From contig CAXXMV010000002.1 of NCBI GenBank assembly GCA_963662285.2, forward strand, positions 1,376,001 to 1,440,000: 64,000 nucleotides of DNA, given 5' to 3'. The DNA comes from a bacterium (GTDB lineage Bacteria; Hinthialibacterota; Hinthialibacteria; Hinthialibacterales; Hinthialibacteraceae). Position 1 is the first letter of the stretch; each line of letters begins with the position of its first letter. The notes under the pieces were generated by a model. It was not told where the DNA came from and made no database searches. It saw nothing but the letters and a program-made list of their open reading frames with translations. The translations under genes were made by a program, and so were the position numbers. Of this stretch, positions 37,733-51,100 are shown one piece after another.

Positions 37733-40700
37733 TTATTGTTTATTCGATAAATCATCCTTAAACAATCCTACAAACCTTTTTATAGTATCAGGTTTGTGGA
37801 ACGTTTGATGATAACGAAACCCTATTTCTAACTGGCCATCAATAATCATCGCCTCGATTGCCAGTAATGATGATGACTTGAAACTCCGGTCAATAGATGC
37901 AAAACATAGATCATTTATACATGATACATCAGTGTTTGGTAATTGGGTGGAAATTTCTCCAATATAATTAACGCTGATTTGAGGTTGATTTTCTTCTGCA
38001 TCAAGATGCTCATTGGAATGTGAAGGAAAATAATGTAGTAATCCATACCCTATCCCACCTCCAGGTACATCCATGAGCCTTTGATGAATTGACTCTTTTC
38101 TTTCTTCTACATTCAGAAGGAAAGGATAATTGGCGGTAAACCATCCTACAGTGCGGCTTACATCAATATCTTCAATCAGATGCTGGCGGCCATGACCGGA
38201 AAGAGTTATGCGAATGGTTGAACCATCCAGCCATTGCCCTAATGTGGAAGACAATGCTGCTAAAAGTCCAACCAAGGCATTCTTTTTTGGAGAATGATTT
38301 AAAAAATCGGCTGTTTCATTTTTGGAGAGTTGCAGGGATACGACATCAGTTTGACCATATAACATGGCGCCGGTATCAAAATCGCATGGGATGTTTGATG
38401 AATGCGCGTCATCAATTTTTCGCCAATAGTTGATCTCCTGTTCTGTTATTTGTCCTTTGGAATAGTGTTGCAATTGATCCGCCCACTGGAAATAAGAAGA
38501 TGTCGGGGGGGGAAGTTGCACCGATTTGTGGTCAAGAATCTGTTGATAGGCTTCGATCCAATCGTCTAGCAGAATTCCACCCGAAACGGCATCGGTCGCG
38601 CAATGGTGGATAATCAAGGACAAAACATCACAATCTGGCAAACGAAACAGGACGGCTTTTAAGAAAGGCGGCTGACTCAAATCAAAATTACAATACTGTT
38701 CCTCAATAGTTTGCTTCAGGGAAGTAATGGCGCCATGATTTTGCATGAGATCAACTTTTTCAATTTGGCAAAGACCATTAAGTTGAACTGGTTGCTGCAT
38801 GATTGAATCATGGTTCCAGATAAATTGCATCCGTAATGCATCGTGATGATCCAGAATGGCATTAAGCGTTTGATTGAGTGCATCCTCATTAAGACGCTGG
38901 ATTGTACGTAATGAATATATATGGCAAAGATTGCGATGATGTTCTTCTGAGTGATCAAAGAAACTTTGTTGGATCGGTGTAAGAGGAACTGGATTTTTGG
39001 AATAAAAGCCATTAGTTACGGGGGCTGATTGTTTAAGATTTTCGGATATTTTAGTTATGGTTTCGAATTCAATGAGGTCTCTTAAACGGATATGGATTTT
39101 TTGCTTTCTCAGTCTGTTAACAACCTGGATGGCTTTTAACGAATCGCCTCCAAGATCAAAAAAGGATTGGTTAATACTAACTTTTCCATTGTTCAATACC
39201 TCTGACCAGACATCTGCAATAGATTTTTGCAATTGATTTTGAGGTAAGAGCGTTTCATTGAATGCACAAAGTTCTTGATAGACCTGTTTAAATAACTGTT
39301 TCCGGTCTACCTTGCCATTGGATGTCAGGGGAATGGCGGGTAGAAAAATAATCTTGGATGGAATCATATAATGGGGGATGCGTTTTTTCATAAAAATGCG
39401 AAGCGTCTGTTCATCCACTTGATCATTCAAGACGCAACAGGCAATGATTCCATTTTGCTGTTGGTTCACAATAGCGACTGCTTCGCGAACAGCTTGATGT
39501 TTCATCAAGCATGCTTCCAGTTCGCCTAATTCGATGCGATAACCACGAATTTTTACTTGAGAATCAATTCTGCCTATAAAATCAATTGATCCATCCGGCA
39601 ACCATCGACCGACGTCTCCAGACCTATAGAGACGCCGATTGGATTTAGTAATAATATTAATATCATTTTTTTCCGTTAACTCAATATTCAAAAATTTTTC
39701 ATCATTTATTTCCGGTCGGTTTAAATATCCCCGCGCTAAGCTTTTGCCTGATATGCATATCTCTCCCGGCGCGCCAATAGGGGCCGGTCTGAGAAAGCGG
39801 TCAACAATGAATACATTTATATTGGCCAATGGAAAACCAATCGGAATCCCATAAGGATACTCTTTATCAGGATGAACTGGCTGCATACATGTACATACCG
39901 AGTTTTCGGTTGGGCCATAGGCGTTAAAAAAGCGGCATGAATCGCGATAATGCAATGCATCCTCTATATTGACCGCCTCTCCCGCAGTTAACATAACCCG
40001 CAAGGTGGGAAATTCCGCCTTCTCAAATGCATTCAATAACGAGGGAGGAAAAGTCATGACGCTGATATTCTGTTCGGTGATGTAATCGTGGAGCAAGGTG
40101 ATATCTTCTTTGATGCGTGATGGAAGTAATACCAAGATCGACCCGGATAAAAGAGTCATGAATATCTCAGATAATGAAGCATCGAAGGCGCAGGAGGCGG
40201 CTTGTAGAATACGATCTTGATCCTTTATGCCAAATACCCGGATTTGCTCCCGGATCATATTTATAAAAGCTCCATGTTCTATCAACACTCCCTTTGGAAT
40301 GCCCGTTGAACCGGAGGTGTAAATGATATAGGCCAGATTGTTTTCATCAATTTTATTGGGAATGTTAGTCTGAATATTATTGTTGATGCTAGCGGGATCA
40401 ATAATTTGACAATGTTTTGATACGTTTAGCAATGGAGATAATTCGGAAGAACTTAATATCAATCGACAACCACTATCCTGAAGAATAAAGTTGATGCGTT
40501 CTTCGGGATATCCTGCATCAAGTGGTAGATAGGCGCCTCCGGCTTTCATGATTGCTAATAGAGATATGATCAGCCATTCGTTTTGCGGAAAAAAGACAGC
40601 CGCAAATTCTTCTTTTTTTAATCCGTATTGATGTATAAGATGATGTGCTATCTGGTTGGCTGATTGGTTTACCTGCGCATAAGTCAAGGATTGGCTTTCG

Positions 40701-42184
40701 GATTGTATGGCTATGCAGTCTGGCGTCTTGCGGACTTGTTCTTCCCAAAGATAGACGATTGTAAGGTTGTTAGGTTGATTGGCGCCTATACCTGAGAATT
40801 GGTTAATTATTTGGTTCTTTTCAGTATCTGTTATTATCTGTAATTGAGTAATTGGTTTTGAGGGATAATGTAGAATTTCATCTACTACTTTTCTGAAATG
40901 TCCTTCTATGCGTTGCATCTCCTCCTCTTCATAAACCCACTGGTTGTGATGAAGGGTAACGGTTATTTGTTCCCCGGCATGAACCAGAATTCCAAAATCA
41001 TAATGGGCCTGTTCTATGGATTCAACTGAATCCACGGTAAAACCAAGGGTTTCCCGGAGTGCACTCTCATTCGCATCCATGAACGAAGGGTAATTCTCGA
41101 ATACAAAAAGATGACCAAAATACTCTTGTTTATTACCATACAGAGATTGTATATCTGTTAAGGGTAGAAAATCCACATTGCAGAGTTGGATGGCTTCATT
41201 TTGTACTTGTTTAACCAAACCGGAAAATGCTTCTTGTTTCCGCCAATGAATCCGGATGGGAATTGTGTTAATAAACATTCCGACAAATTGGTTTATACCC
41301 TTAATTTCCGGGGGACGGCCGGAGACTACCGTTCCAAAGATTACATCATCTGTGTTGTTATAGTATCCAACCAGAATCCCCCAAATGCATTTGATTACAG
41401 TATTAAGCGTGACGCCTTGGTCTTGCGCAATTTTGATGATTTTTAAGGATAGATCATGAGAGAGTGAAAATGTATGCAAGGCAAGTTTATATTGCTGTGA
41501 TTTACTTACTTTTTTTAAATGAGGGACAATTGCTATTTCATTATAACTGGCTAAATAATCTTGCCAGACCTTTCTGGCGGATTCAAAATCTCGGGATTCC
41601 AGCCAATCCCAATAAGTATTGTAGGATAAAGTTTCTGTAGCGGCTGGTTCACGGCCATGTTTTAGTGATGAATAGATATCAACGAAATCGGATTGCAGTA
41701 GACTGCCCGACCATCCATCGAGAAGAAGATGACTATAACTCCAGATCATTTGGTAGCGTGAATCATCCAATCGATAAACCCGCACCCTTACTAAAGAATC
41801 ATTACGCAAATCAAAACCGCGACTGCGATCTTGTTGTTGTTCCCGCAATAAAACCTGATTCTGCTGAACTGGATCCAGTGCGCTTAGATCATCGAAAATA
41901 AATTCAACCGGGCGTTTGATTAAAATGAGTTGCAGAGGTTCCTTGGGATTTTTGGTGATAAATGATGATCTGAGCAACTCATGACGTTTTAGCAAAACAT
42001 CCCATGTTTGCTTACAAATATCCTGATCAAAATCTCCCTTTATCCGGTAGATGGTCTGGATAAAATAAGCCTGTGTTTCCGGATCAACCAGCAAATGGTA
42101 TAACATACCCTTCTGCGCTGATGTGAGTGGAAAAATGGATTGCGTATTTTCTTTAGTAATCATAGATTCAGTATTATTCGTCAT
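37733..42184 (-). CDS. NRPS, single module C-A(Tyr-like)-T-E-like; no thioesterase
   Basis: C motif SHLLLDG; A motifs YTSGSTG.PKG, NAYGPTE; T GGDSL; E-like HHCATDAVS, SGHGR, SRTVGWFT; hand-read specificity code DASTLAAVCK; start may be 42184 or 42163. Confidence 0.92.
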   Translation of the reverse strand: MTNNTESMITKENTQSIFPLTSAQKGMLYHLLVDPETQAYFIQTIYRIKGDFDQDICKQTWDVLLKRHELLRSSFITKNPKEPLQLILIKRPVEFIFDDLSALDPVQQNQVLLREQQQDRSRGFDLRNDSLVRVRVYRLDDSRYQMIWSYSHLLLDGWSGSLLQSDFVDIYSSLKHGREPAATETLSYNTYWDWLESRDFESARKVWQDYLASYNEIAIVPHLKKVSKSQQYKLALHTFSLSHDLSLKIIKIAQDQGVTLNTVIKCIWGILVGYYNNTDDVIFGTVVSGRPPEIKGINQFVGMFINTIPIRIHWRKQEAFSGLVKQVQNEAIQLCNVDFLPLTDIQSLYGNKQEYFGHLFVFENYPSFMDANESALRETLGFTVDSVESIEQAHYDFGILVHAGEQITVTLHHNQWVYEEEEMQRIEGHFRKVVDEILHYPSKPITQLQIITDTEKNQIINQFSGIGANQPNNLTIVYLWEEQVRKTPDCIAIQSESQSLTYAQVNQSANQIAHHLIHQYGLKKEEFAAVFFPQNEWLIISLLAIMKAGGAYLPLDAGYPEERINFILQDSGCRLILSSSELSPLLNVSKHCQIIDPASINNNIQTNIPNKIDENNLAYIIYTSGSTGIPKGVLIEHGAFINMIREQIRVFGIKDQDRILQAASCAFDASLSEIFMTLLSGSILVLLPSRIKEDITLLHDYITEQNISVMTFPPSLLNAFEKAEFPTLRVMLTAGEAVNIEDALHYRDSCRFFNAYGPTENSVCTCMQPVHPDKEYPYGIPIGFPLANINVFIVDRFLRPAPIGAPGEICISGKSLARGYLNRPEINDEKFLNIELTEKNDINIITKSNRRLYRSGDVGRWLPDGSIDFIGRIDSQVKIRGYRIELGELEACLMKHQAVREAVAIVNQQQNGIIACCVLNDQVDEQTLRIFMKKRIPHYMIPSKIIFLPAIPLTSNGKVDRKQLFKQVYQELCAFNETLLPQNQLQKSIADVWSEVLNNGKVSINQSFFDLGGDSLKAIQVVNRLRKQKIHIRLRDLIEFETITKISENLKQSAPVTNGFYSKNPVPLTPIQQSFFDHSEEHHRNLCHIYSLRTIQRLNEDALNQTLNAILDHHDALRMQFIWNHDSIMQQPVQLNGLCQIEKVDLMQNHGAITSLKQTIEEQYCNFDLSQPPFLKAVLFRLPDCDVLSLIIHHCATDAVSGGILLDDWIEAYQQILDHKSVQLPPPTSSYFQWADQLQHYSKGQITEQEINYWRKIDDAHSSNIPCDFDTGAMLYGQTDVVSLQLSKNETADFLNHSPKKNALVGLLAALSSTLGQWLDGSTIRITLSGHGRQHLIEDIDVSRTVGWFTANYPFLLNVEERKESIHQRLMDVPGGGIGYGLLHYFPSHSNEHLDAEENQPQISVNYIGEISTQLPNTDVSCINDLCFASIDRSFKSSSLLAIEAMIIDGQLEIGFRYHQTFHKPDTIKRFVGLFKDDLSNKQ

Positions 42185-45100
42185 CAAAAATATCGTCAAG
42201 ATCATCAGGATCGAGGTTCACACGGGATATATATGGCTGTTCAATTTCCTTACCAGGTGTTTCTGAAGACGCGTTTAAGGGTTTTATTATGGATGCAAAA
42301 GATTCTATGGTTGGATGTAAAAACAGGTCTTGTATTTCAGCCTGATAACCAGTTTCATTAAGTTTGGTAATTATTTGAATAGCCTGAATAGAATCTCCTC
42401 CTATTTCAAAAAAGCGCTGTCTGACGCCAATTTGGGTTTTGCCCATTATTGTCATCCAAATTTTTTGTATTGTTTCCTGTAAAGCATTTTCCGGTGGATC
42501 AAGTTTTTGTTCGCCATGTTGAAGAGAGATTTCATAAGTAAGAAGTTTCTTGCTATCGATTTTTCCATTAGGAAGCAGGGGTAACTGGTCTATCTGTAAA
42601 CCTATGGCAGGAATCATATAATCCGGCAGCGTCCGCCCCAGATCAGAACGAACCTTATGCCATTCTATATCTTGCTCAGATACATAATACGCAGCTAGTT
42701 CTTTGGTCAATTGTTGATTCTCTTTGACAACAACTGCTGCATGCATCATGTTTGGATACGACAAAATGGCTTGCTCGATTTCTGAAAGTTCCACCCGGTA
42801 TCCACGTATTTTAATTTGATTATCCATACGCCCTAAAAACTCAAGATTTCCATCCGCATGCAAACAGCCCACGTCGCCGGTTTTGTATAAACGATGATTT
42901 TTTTGATATGGATGAGGAACAAACGTTTTACGATTCAGTTCATCTTTATTGATATATCCATGCGCCAATCCGACTCCGGCAACGCAGATTTCTCCAGGGA
43001 TTCCTATAGGGGCAATATTACCATAACTGTCAAGAATCAAAATTTGAAAGTTCCTGATGGGCTTTCCTATGGGCAAGGCGCCGTTAAGTGATTCGCTTGC
43101 ACCAAATTTATAGTAAGAAGCGCAGATAGTGGTTTCCGTCGGGCCATAGGCGTTTATGTATTGCAGATGTTTTGAAAAGCGGCGGACATCTTCCTGGCGT
43201 GGAGGTTCACCAGCAGTTATCAATATTCGCAGGGATGATAAATCTTCTAATGATAAACCAGTAACATAAGTTGGAGGAAGAGTGGCGATTGAGACCTGAT
43301 GTTTTTTCAGGTAGGCGCTTAATCTAGCCGTATTCTGAATGTAATGTTGTTGAGCAATAACCAGACAGGCGCCCTGCATCAGAGCCATACTCATCTCCCA
43401 GACCGAGGCATCGAATGACATTGAGGCGAATTGTAAAACATTATCTGATGGTTTAACGCCAATGCCTTCGCGGTGTTCATAACATAAATTGACAGCGCCC
43501 CGATGTTCCAGTTGCACTCCTTTGGGCTTCCCTGTTGAACCGGATGTATAAATTATATATGCCAGATCATCGCCTGATATAGCATATTTTTTGTAAGCGG
43601 AATCTGCATCATGAATTTCTGTAATAGGAACGACTTTTTTCGCAATGTCATTCCATTCATTCTTCTGAGTTTCATCGGTTAGAACTAATGAACAATCGGA
43701 ATCCTTGATCATGTATGCTATCCGTCGGGCGGGATATGAAAGATCAAATGGAACATATACGCAACCCGCTTTTAATATCCCGATCCAGGCAATCACAACC
43801 CATTCGGAACGCTCCATCAGAACGCCGATCCGTTCGCCTTTTTTAACGCCCCATTGGTCATGGATGCAATTGGCAAGTTGATTGGTTAGTTTATCCAATT
43901 GCGCGTAAGTCAATTGATGTTCATCGCAAATGACGGCAATTGAATCGGGACTGGATTTTACCCATTCCTTAAACATATCCACTAGCATTACATCCGGGGA
44001 TAATGACGCCGAATCGATATTTGGTTGATCAAAAATCTGTTTACGCTCTATACCGGGTATAATTGAGAACTGGTTTATGGATTTAGTATGGTTTGTCAAA
44101 ACATCGTTCAATAATTCATTGAAATGTTCACTCATTCGCTTTATTCGATCAGGCTTAAACAAATCCGTATTATATTCAATTCTGAATGATATAGTTCCAT
44201 CCGGGTTCTCTTCAAAAATATATGCAATTGTAAAACGGCTCACCGCACAGGAAAATTCAAACTCCTGGACATGTATGCCATCAATATTTATTGCAGGTGA
44301 ATCGAAATTTTGATAAACCAGCATAACTTCTACAATAGGAGGTCGGCTCATATCCCGTTCCGGAGCGATATCATCCACAATTTTATCAAAAGGATAAATT
44401 GAGTGTTCCAGGGCTTCGGTTATGGTTTGTTTTATTTGCGAGAATGTATCTGCGAATGTATGCTGTCCATCGAGTTCATCAGCCAGAATCAGGGTATTTA
44501 CATAAAACCCGATTTGATTTTCAAACTCCAATTGATCTCTGCCCGCAACAGGAGAACCTATAACAATGTTTTTTTGAGATGTATAGCGGAAAAGCAAAAT
44601 TTTGATCAAGCAAACCATTCCCATATATAAACTGCCATCTAAATCCAGACAAATCCTGCGGAATTTATCAACTATATCAGCGGAAATGATGGAAGACGCT
44701 GTATCACCGTTAAACGTCTGTATTGGCGGGCGGGTGTAATCCAGTGGAAGATCAATGGTCGACAAGCGCTTCTCTAATTTGTCGTTCCAATATTTTTGAT
44801 GGGCATACACTTTCTCACTGGCAAGGTAGGCATTTTGCCACCCGGCATAATCCTTATATTGAAAATGCAGTGGAGGAAGATCAGGTTGAACTCCCTGACG
44901 GCATTTTTCATATATGGAAAACAATTCCTGTGATAATACGGCGACCGACCATCCATCAAAAACAATATGATGGATATTAAAAAACAGTATCCATGAATCT
45001 TTTTTTAATTGCAAAAGAAGGACGCGCAACAGTGGGCCGGTTGATAGATCAAAGGGTTTTGCTGCATCATTAGAACAAATTGATTGTGCTTCATTTTCGG

Positions 45101-48100
45101 GATTAGGAACATCAGTCAGATCTACGGTAGTTATGGCGAAATCCATTTTATCATGAACTACCTGTCTTACATTTTTCCCTTCATTCTTGAATGTTGTTCT
45201 TAAGATTTCATGCCGTTGGATCAGCATATTGAAAGCGGTTTGTAGAGCGGTTGCATCCATTTTTCCTTCGCATCGCAATGCGCCTGGAATATTATAAGCC
45301 TTGGCGTCTATTTCCATCTGATCCAGAATCCACAATCGCAATTGAGCATGCGAAACAGCGTAATCGGGCTGAGTGGGCAACACTTGAATGGATGATTCCG
45401 TCTGTTGAATCTGACTTTGAATGAACTCCGCCATTTTTTTTATGGTGGCTCGTTCAAAAAATGTTTTGATACGGACTTCCACATCAAAGAAACTGTTGAT
45501 CCGTGAAATCAACCTTATAGCCTTAAGTGAATTACCGCCGATTGATAAGAAGGGAGTTTCGACGCCGATGCGTCCCAGACCCAGAACCTGTTTCCATAAT
45601 TTTTCGAGTTCTTCTTCAGTTTTATTGGTTGGCGGCTTATATTCAAACCGATCATAAACCAAGGCATCAGGCTTTGGCAAAGATTTCATATCGATTTTGC
45701 CGTTTAAGTTCAACGGAAAACGATCCAGCGGAATCAGGAATTCAGGAATAAAAATGGAGGGGAGATGATCTTGGAGAAAATTTTTCAGGTCATCTATATC
45801 AACCGGGTTCTTTACTGTGTAATAGCATGTCAGCGCACTATCTTTACTATTCCGTTTGTGCAGTATGGAGAAGGCCTGATTTATATCAGGATATTTCATT
45901 ACGGCTTCGTCTATCTCCACTAATTCAATCCGCACTCCGGCTATTTTAACTTGTCGATCAAGACGACCCAGTATCTCAATGTCGCCATTGGTATGCAGAC
46001 GCCCCAGGTCTCCGGTGGTATAAATAATATCTGCTGGATTTTTAGTGATGGGGTTAGGAATGAATTTCTGCGCCGTCATTTTAGGATTTTTATAGAATCC
46101 CTTACATGCAAAGGGCGGTTGAATGCAAATCTCGCCAATTTCTCCGACAGCGGCCTGATGTCCATTCTTAAGTATATATACCTTGGTTCCAGTAATAGGT
46201 TTTCCTACATAGACCATCTTATTAGGTTCATTTACAGGGGTGGAAATTCGATGGAAAAATTTTGCCAAAGTGGTTTCGGATGGACCATAAATGTTTACGC
46301 ATAGGATTTCATTGCCGAAAGTGCGTAGAGCGCTTTCTACATCTCTTCCAAATAGAGGTTCTCCGGCAAAAAAGATATAGCGCAAATCCGGTAATTGATC
46401 TGTTTTTCCTGCAATGCCTGCATCCTGGATTAAAAGCCGGAAAAAGCCCGGTACGATATGAGTCGCGCTAATTCTCTTTTGCTTGAACCATTCGAATAAT
46501 AGGTGGAAATTTTCCCTTTGGTTTTTTGTAGGAATGCATACCTCGCCGCCGCTTAATAGCGGTAGAAAAATATCACGTAGACTGACATCAAACATAGTGG
46601 TTGATAGATTGCTTACCCGGATATCCGAACCGATGTTGAATTCCTTAATCTGCCATTTAATAAAGTGAGTCAAACCTTCATGAGTTCCGAGAATCGCTTT
46701 TGGTTCGCCGGTTGATCCTGATGAGAATAATATGTATATCGAGTCTTGCGGTGATGGACGTTCTTCCAGAGAAATGTCTTTTGTTTCACTAATTTTGATA
46801 TCAGATTTTGAATTACTTACATAATCATGCAGCATACATAAATCAGGAGTTTTAATTACTAGAATTTTTTTTGGGCGATAAGATATCTTGGGAAGCAGTT
46901 CTAAGAGATGTTGATATTGATCATTATTTGTGACGATGATTCTGGCTTCAATCAAATCAAGAATTGTTTCCAAACGTTTAATTGGAACATCCGGATTAAT
47001 GGGCGCAAACACTCCACAACTTTTTTGAATAGCGATAATAGCAGCGATATAATCCGCCCCGTTGCCCATAAAGACGGCGATATTGCTTTCTCTACGGCAG
47101 CCAGCCTTTTTAAGAGCCTTGGCGACAAAAGATGAATGGTCGTCTAATTGTTGATAAGATATTTCTTGTTTATCATCATCAATCGCAATTGAATCGGGCG
47201 ATAGTTTCACCTGCTTTTCAAATAAATCCAGCAGGATTTCTGTTTTTGACTCATCTTCGGGAATAATATTATCATCTTGAATAAGTGTAGTATCTGGTTT
47301 TTCAGACAGGTCAAGATTTTGAATATTAAAATGTTCACTCTCTAAAATACAGGAAATTAGAGTTCGTAAATGTGATTCAATTCTGATCGCATCTTCTTTT
47401 GTGAATACATTAGTATTTACTGAAAATTTGATTTCTATTTCATCTTTGGGGTGAATCACGATACTGAAATCATAATTCATCTGTTCATGGGATCGGAGGT
47501 TACTCATCACAAATCCCAGAGGATCATCTTCAGGCTGGTTTACATATTCAGGCTCAGGATAGTTTTCAAAGACTATCAAATGGTTAATCAATTCGTTATG
47601 CAGATTGGTGCAAGCCATGATATCTGCTATGGGATAATATTGATGAAGGAAGCAATCCAGTATACTGGTCTGCACATTATGCAATAATTCATTAAATGTT
47701 TTTACTGTATTAACTTTTATTCGGATAGGAATAGTTTGCAGAAATAAGCCAACTATGTTATCCACGCCCTCAATTTGCGCAGGGCGGCCAGATAGTACAA
47801 TCCCAAAGACGCATTCATCAGCATTGTTATAGCGGGATAATAACACTGCCCATGCGGTTTGAAAGACGGTGCTTAGTGTCGCTTGATTTCGTTGAGCGAA
47901 ATTACATAGTTTAGTACTCTGATCTTTGGGTAAGGTGAAGATGTGTTCTTGTACTTGATAATTACTGCTTGATGAAGTTGATTGGCCGCCCGGAACATAA
48001 GATGGCGCCGTTACGCCATCAAGATATTTGCGCCAAAAAATTCGTGATGGTTCCATATCCTGTTTTTGAAGCCATCTGATAAAATCCTGATAAGGTTTAA

Positions 48101-51100
48101 CTGCTGGAAGTTCTGCTTTAACGCAGCTTTTCCTTTGCCGGTAAAGAGCAACAAATTCTTCATGCAGAATTGCGACCGACCATCCATCCAATACAATGTG
48201 ATGATGACTCCATACGATTTCAAAGCAACTTTCTGTAAGTTGCAATATGGTAAATCTCATCAAAGGACCGCGATTAAGATCAAAGAACCTATTGCGGTCT
48301 TCTATCTGGGATTGTTTAACCCTGTCAGCGGCCTGAGTTGGCGTCAATGACCGTAAGTCTTCAAACAGAAATTCGCATTCCATCTTTTTGATAACAACTT
48401 GCATCGGTTCAGGGACGCGATCATAAATAAACACAGTCCGTAGTACGGGGTGACGATCGACCAGATCGTTCCAACAGTCAATAAATATATCTTTATCAAA
48501 TTGTCCATTAATGGAAAAGTTGAACTGTACGAAATAGGATTTAGCGCCTTCTTCGCTCATGGCGTGGAAAAGCATACCTTCTTGCAGCGGCGACATGGGA
48601 AGAATATCGTCTACATCTTCAAGGCTAAAACCGTAGACCTTAAGCGCCCGTTCTAAATCACTGGTAGATAAATCCCAATATTCAAATGAAGGAGAGGATT
48701 GGATAAAATGACCATCGCTGGAACGCGCTGTTTCAAGAATTTGTTTAAGTTTAGCGGTAAACAAATTCAGCAGATTGGTTATTGATTCCCGGCGATGTAT
48801 ATTTTTATTGTAGGCCATAGATAAAGAGAATCGCTTCTCATCTACCGCACTATTAATTTCCAACAAAAAGAGCCGCTCCAACTGCTGACCGCAATCTTCT
48901 CCCGTGGTTTCATCTGAAATAGAGAAATGCTCATTATCAACATCATCAAACTGTCCTAGATAATTGAAAACCACATCCCATGTGGAGTGAATTTTGAATT
49001 CCTGTTTGGATAATGCAGAAGCTGCGTATCTGAGAATACCATAGCCGATTCCATTATTGGGTATTCTACGCAATGTATCTTGCACTGACTGGACAGACTC
49101 TGTAAAACCGCTGCAATGACTTACATTGAATATCACCGGATACAACGCCGTGAACCATCCAATGGTGCGGTTAATATTAACTGGAGGATTTATCGGCGCC
49201 CGCCCATGCCCCTCTAAAAAGAGACGCATGCAATCCTGGTTAGTCCATTCCTGCATGGCGAGAACAAAAGCGGTTAATAGAATTTCAACAGTTTGAGTCT
49301 GATATACCTGGTTGGCCTTTGTCAATAGAAGAGATGTTTCTTCTTCTGACAAGGACATTTCAATTTTCTCTTCGTCTGCATATCGATTACTCGCGCAGGC
49401 GAAATCTACTGGAATTGACTTGACGTTTTGGCTTTCCTGGCTGTTCCAATACGGAATCTCCTGCAATTGCGTTTCGCTTTGAGAATACATTTGCAAAGCA
49501 GCCGCCCATTGCGAATATGAATCAGAAGTGAAACCTAAAGCCAGTTTTTTATTATGGAGAAGTTGTTCATACCCCATAATGAAATCACCCAACAACACGC
49601 GCCACGAAACGCCGTCAATAATTAAGTGATGCATCACAAAAAAGAGCCGGTCGCCATCAGGCATATGGTAATATATAATCTTGACAAGGGGGCCTTTCGC
49701 TAAATCAAACTGGCTCTGCATGTCGCTTGCGTGGGTTTGCATTTGCTGCAATGCATTTTGCGCATCCCTAAAATCGACCTCTATAAAACAAGAGTCCAGG
49801 TCAAATGCAGTAAGAGTTGGTTTGATTGATCCATCGACCAGAGGATACGTCATCCTCAAAGATTCATGTTGCGAGAGCAATTCCTTAATAACAGTTTTAA
49901 TTATTTTCAGGTCTATGGTTTTTTTGGTTTTCAATAAGACGGATTGATTGAAATGATGTAAGTCGGAAGAGTGCGATTCAAAAAACCAATGCTGAATAGG
50001 AGACAATGCATCTTGGTCATAGGATAATGGTTTTGCTTCAATTTTAGTAGTAATTTGTAAATGGGTTGCAAGTACCGCGATGGACGGATATTTAAACAAT
50101 GTTTTAATATCAAAAGCAATTCCTTCCTGATATAATTTGGTCTGGATCAGAATGGCCTTGATGGAGTCGCCGCCCAGATTGAAGAAATTATCATTCCGGC
50201 TTACCTGTTTGACGCCTAAAACAGCAGCCCACACTTTTTCCAGAACTTGCTCTGTTGCAGATTGAGGAGCGCTATATTGGCGTCCATCAGCGTCAGTCAA
50301 GTCTTCAGGAACAGGCAGGTTTTTAATATCGATTTTACCATTAGAGGTTATAGGGAAATCATCGACTTGAACAAAATATGATGGAATCATGTAGTAGGGG
50401 ATAATATCGCTAAGGTAATCACGCAATACCTTTGAATCAATCTTTTCCACTGAGGTGTAATAGGCGATTAATTCATCTGTACCTACATTGTTTTTCCTGG
50501 CCGATACGAATGATTTTTCTATTACCGGATGAGTCTGCATAGCCGTTTGAATTTCGCCCGGTTCGATCCGGAAGCCGCGCACCTGGACTTGATGATCATT
50601 TCGCCCGATATATTCAATCACGTCATCGGCTAAACAACGCGCCATATCTCCGCTTTTATACAAACGCTCATTCTGGTTGAAAGGGCTTTGAATAAAACGT
50701 TCACAGGTTAAATCCGGCGCATGTAAGTACCCCAAGCCAACGCCTGATCCACCGATATACATTTCTCCGGCGACTCCTATGGGTTGTTGATTCATATTGG
50801 CGTCGCAGATATAGATGCTGGTTTCCGGCAGGGGGCGCCCGATCAGGCTTCGTCCATCCGGCTGAGAAATATCTCTATCTTTGATTCTATAATAACTAAC
50901 ATGTACAGTGGTTTCGGTAATGCCATACATGTTGATCAAAGCTATGCGCTTCAGGGGATAATGGCAAACCCACTTTTGCAGCGATGAAGGATCCAACCGA
51001 TCCCCGCCAAAAATAACATAGCGTAGATGATCGCATAATTGATGAGCCTCCTGTTGATCTTCCACATCAATCAGATTACGGAATGCGGCTGGAGTTTGAT

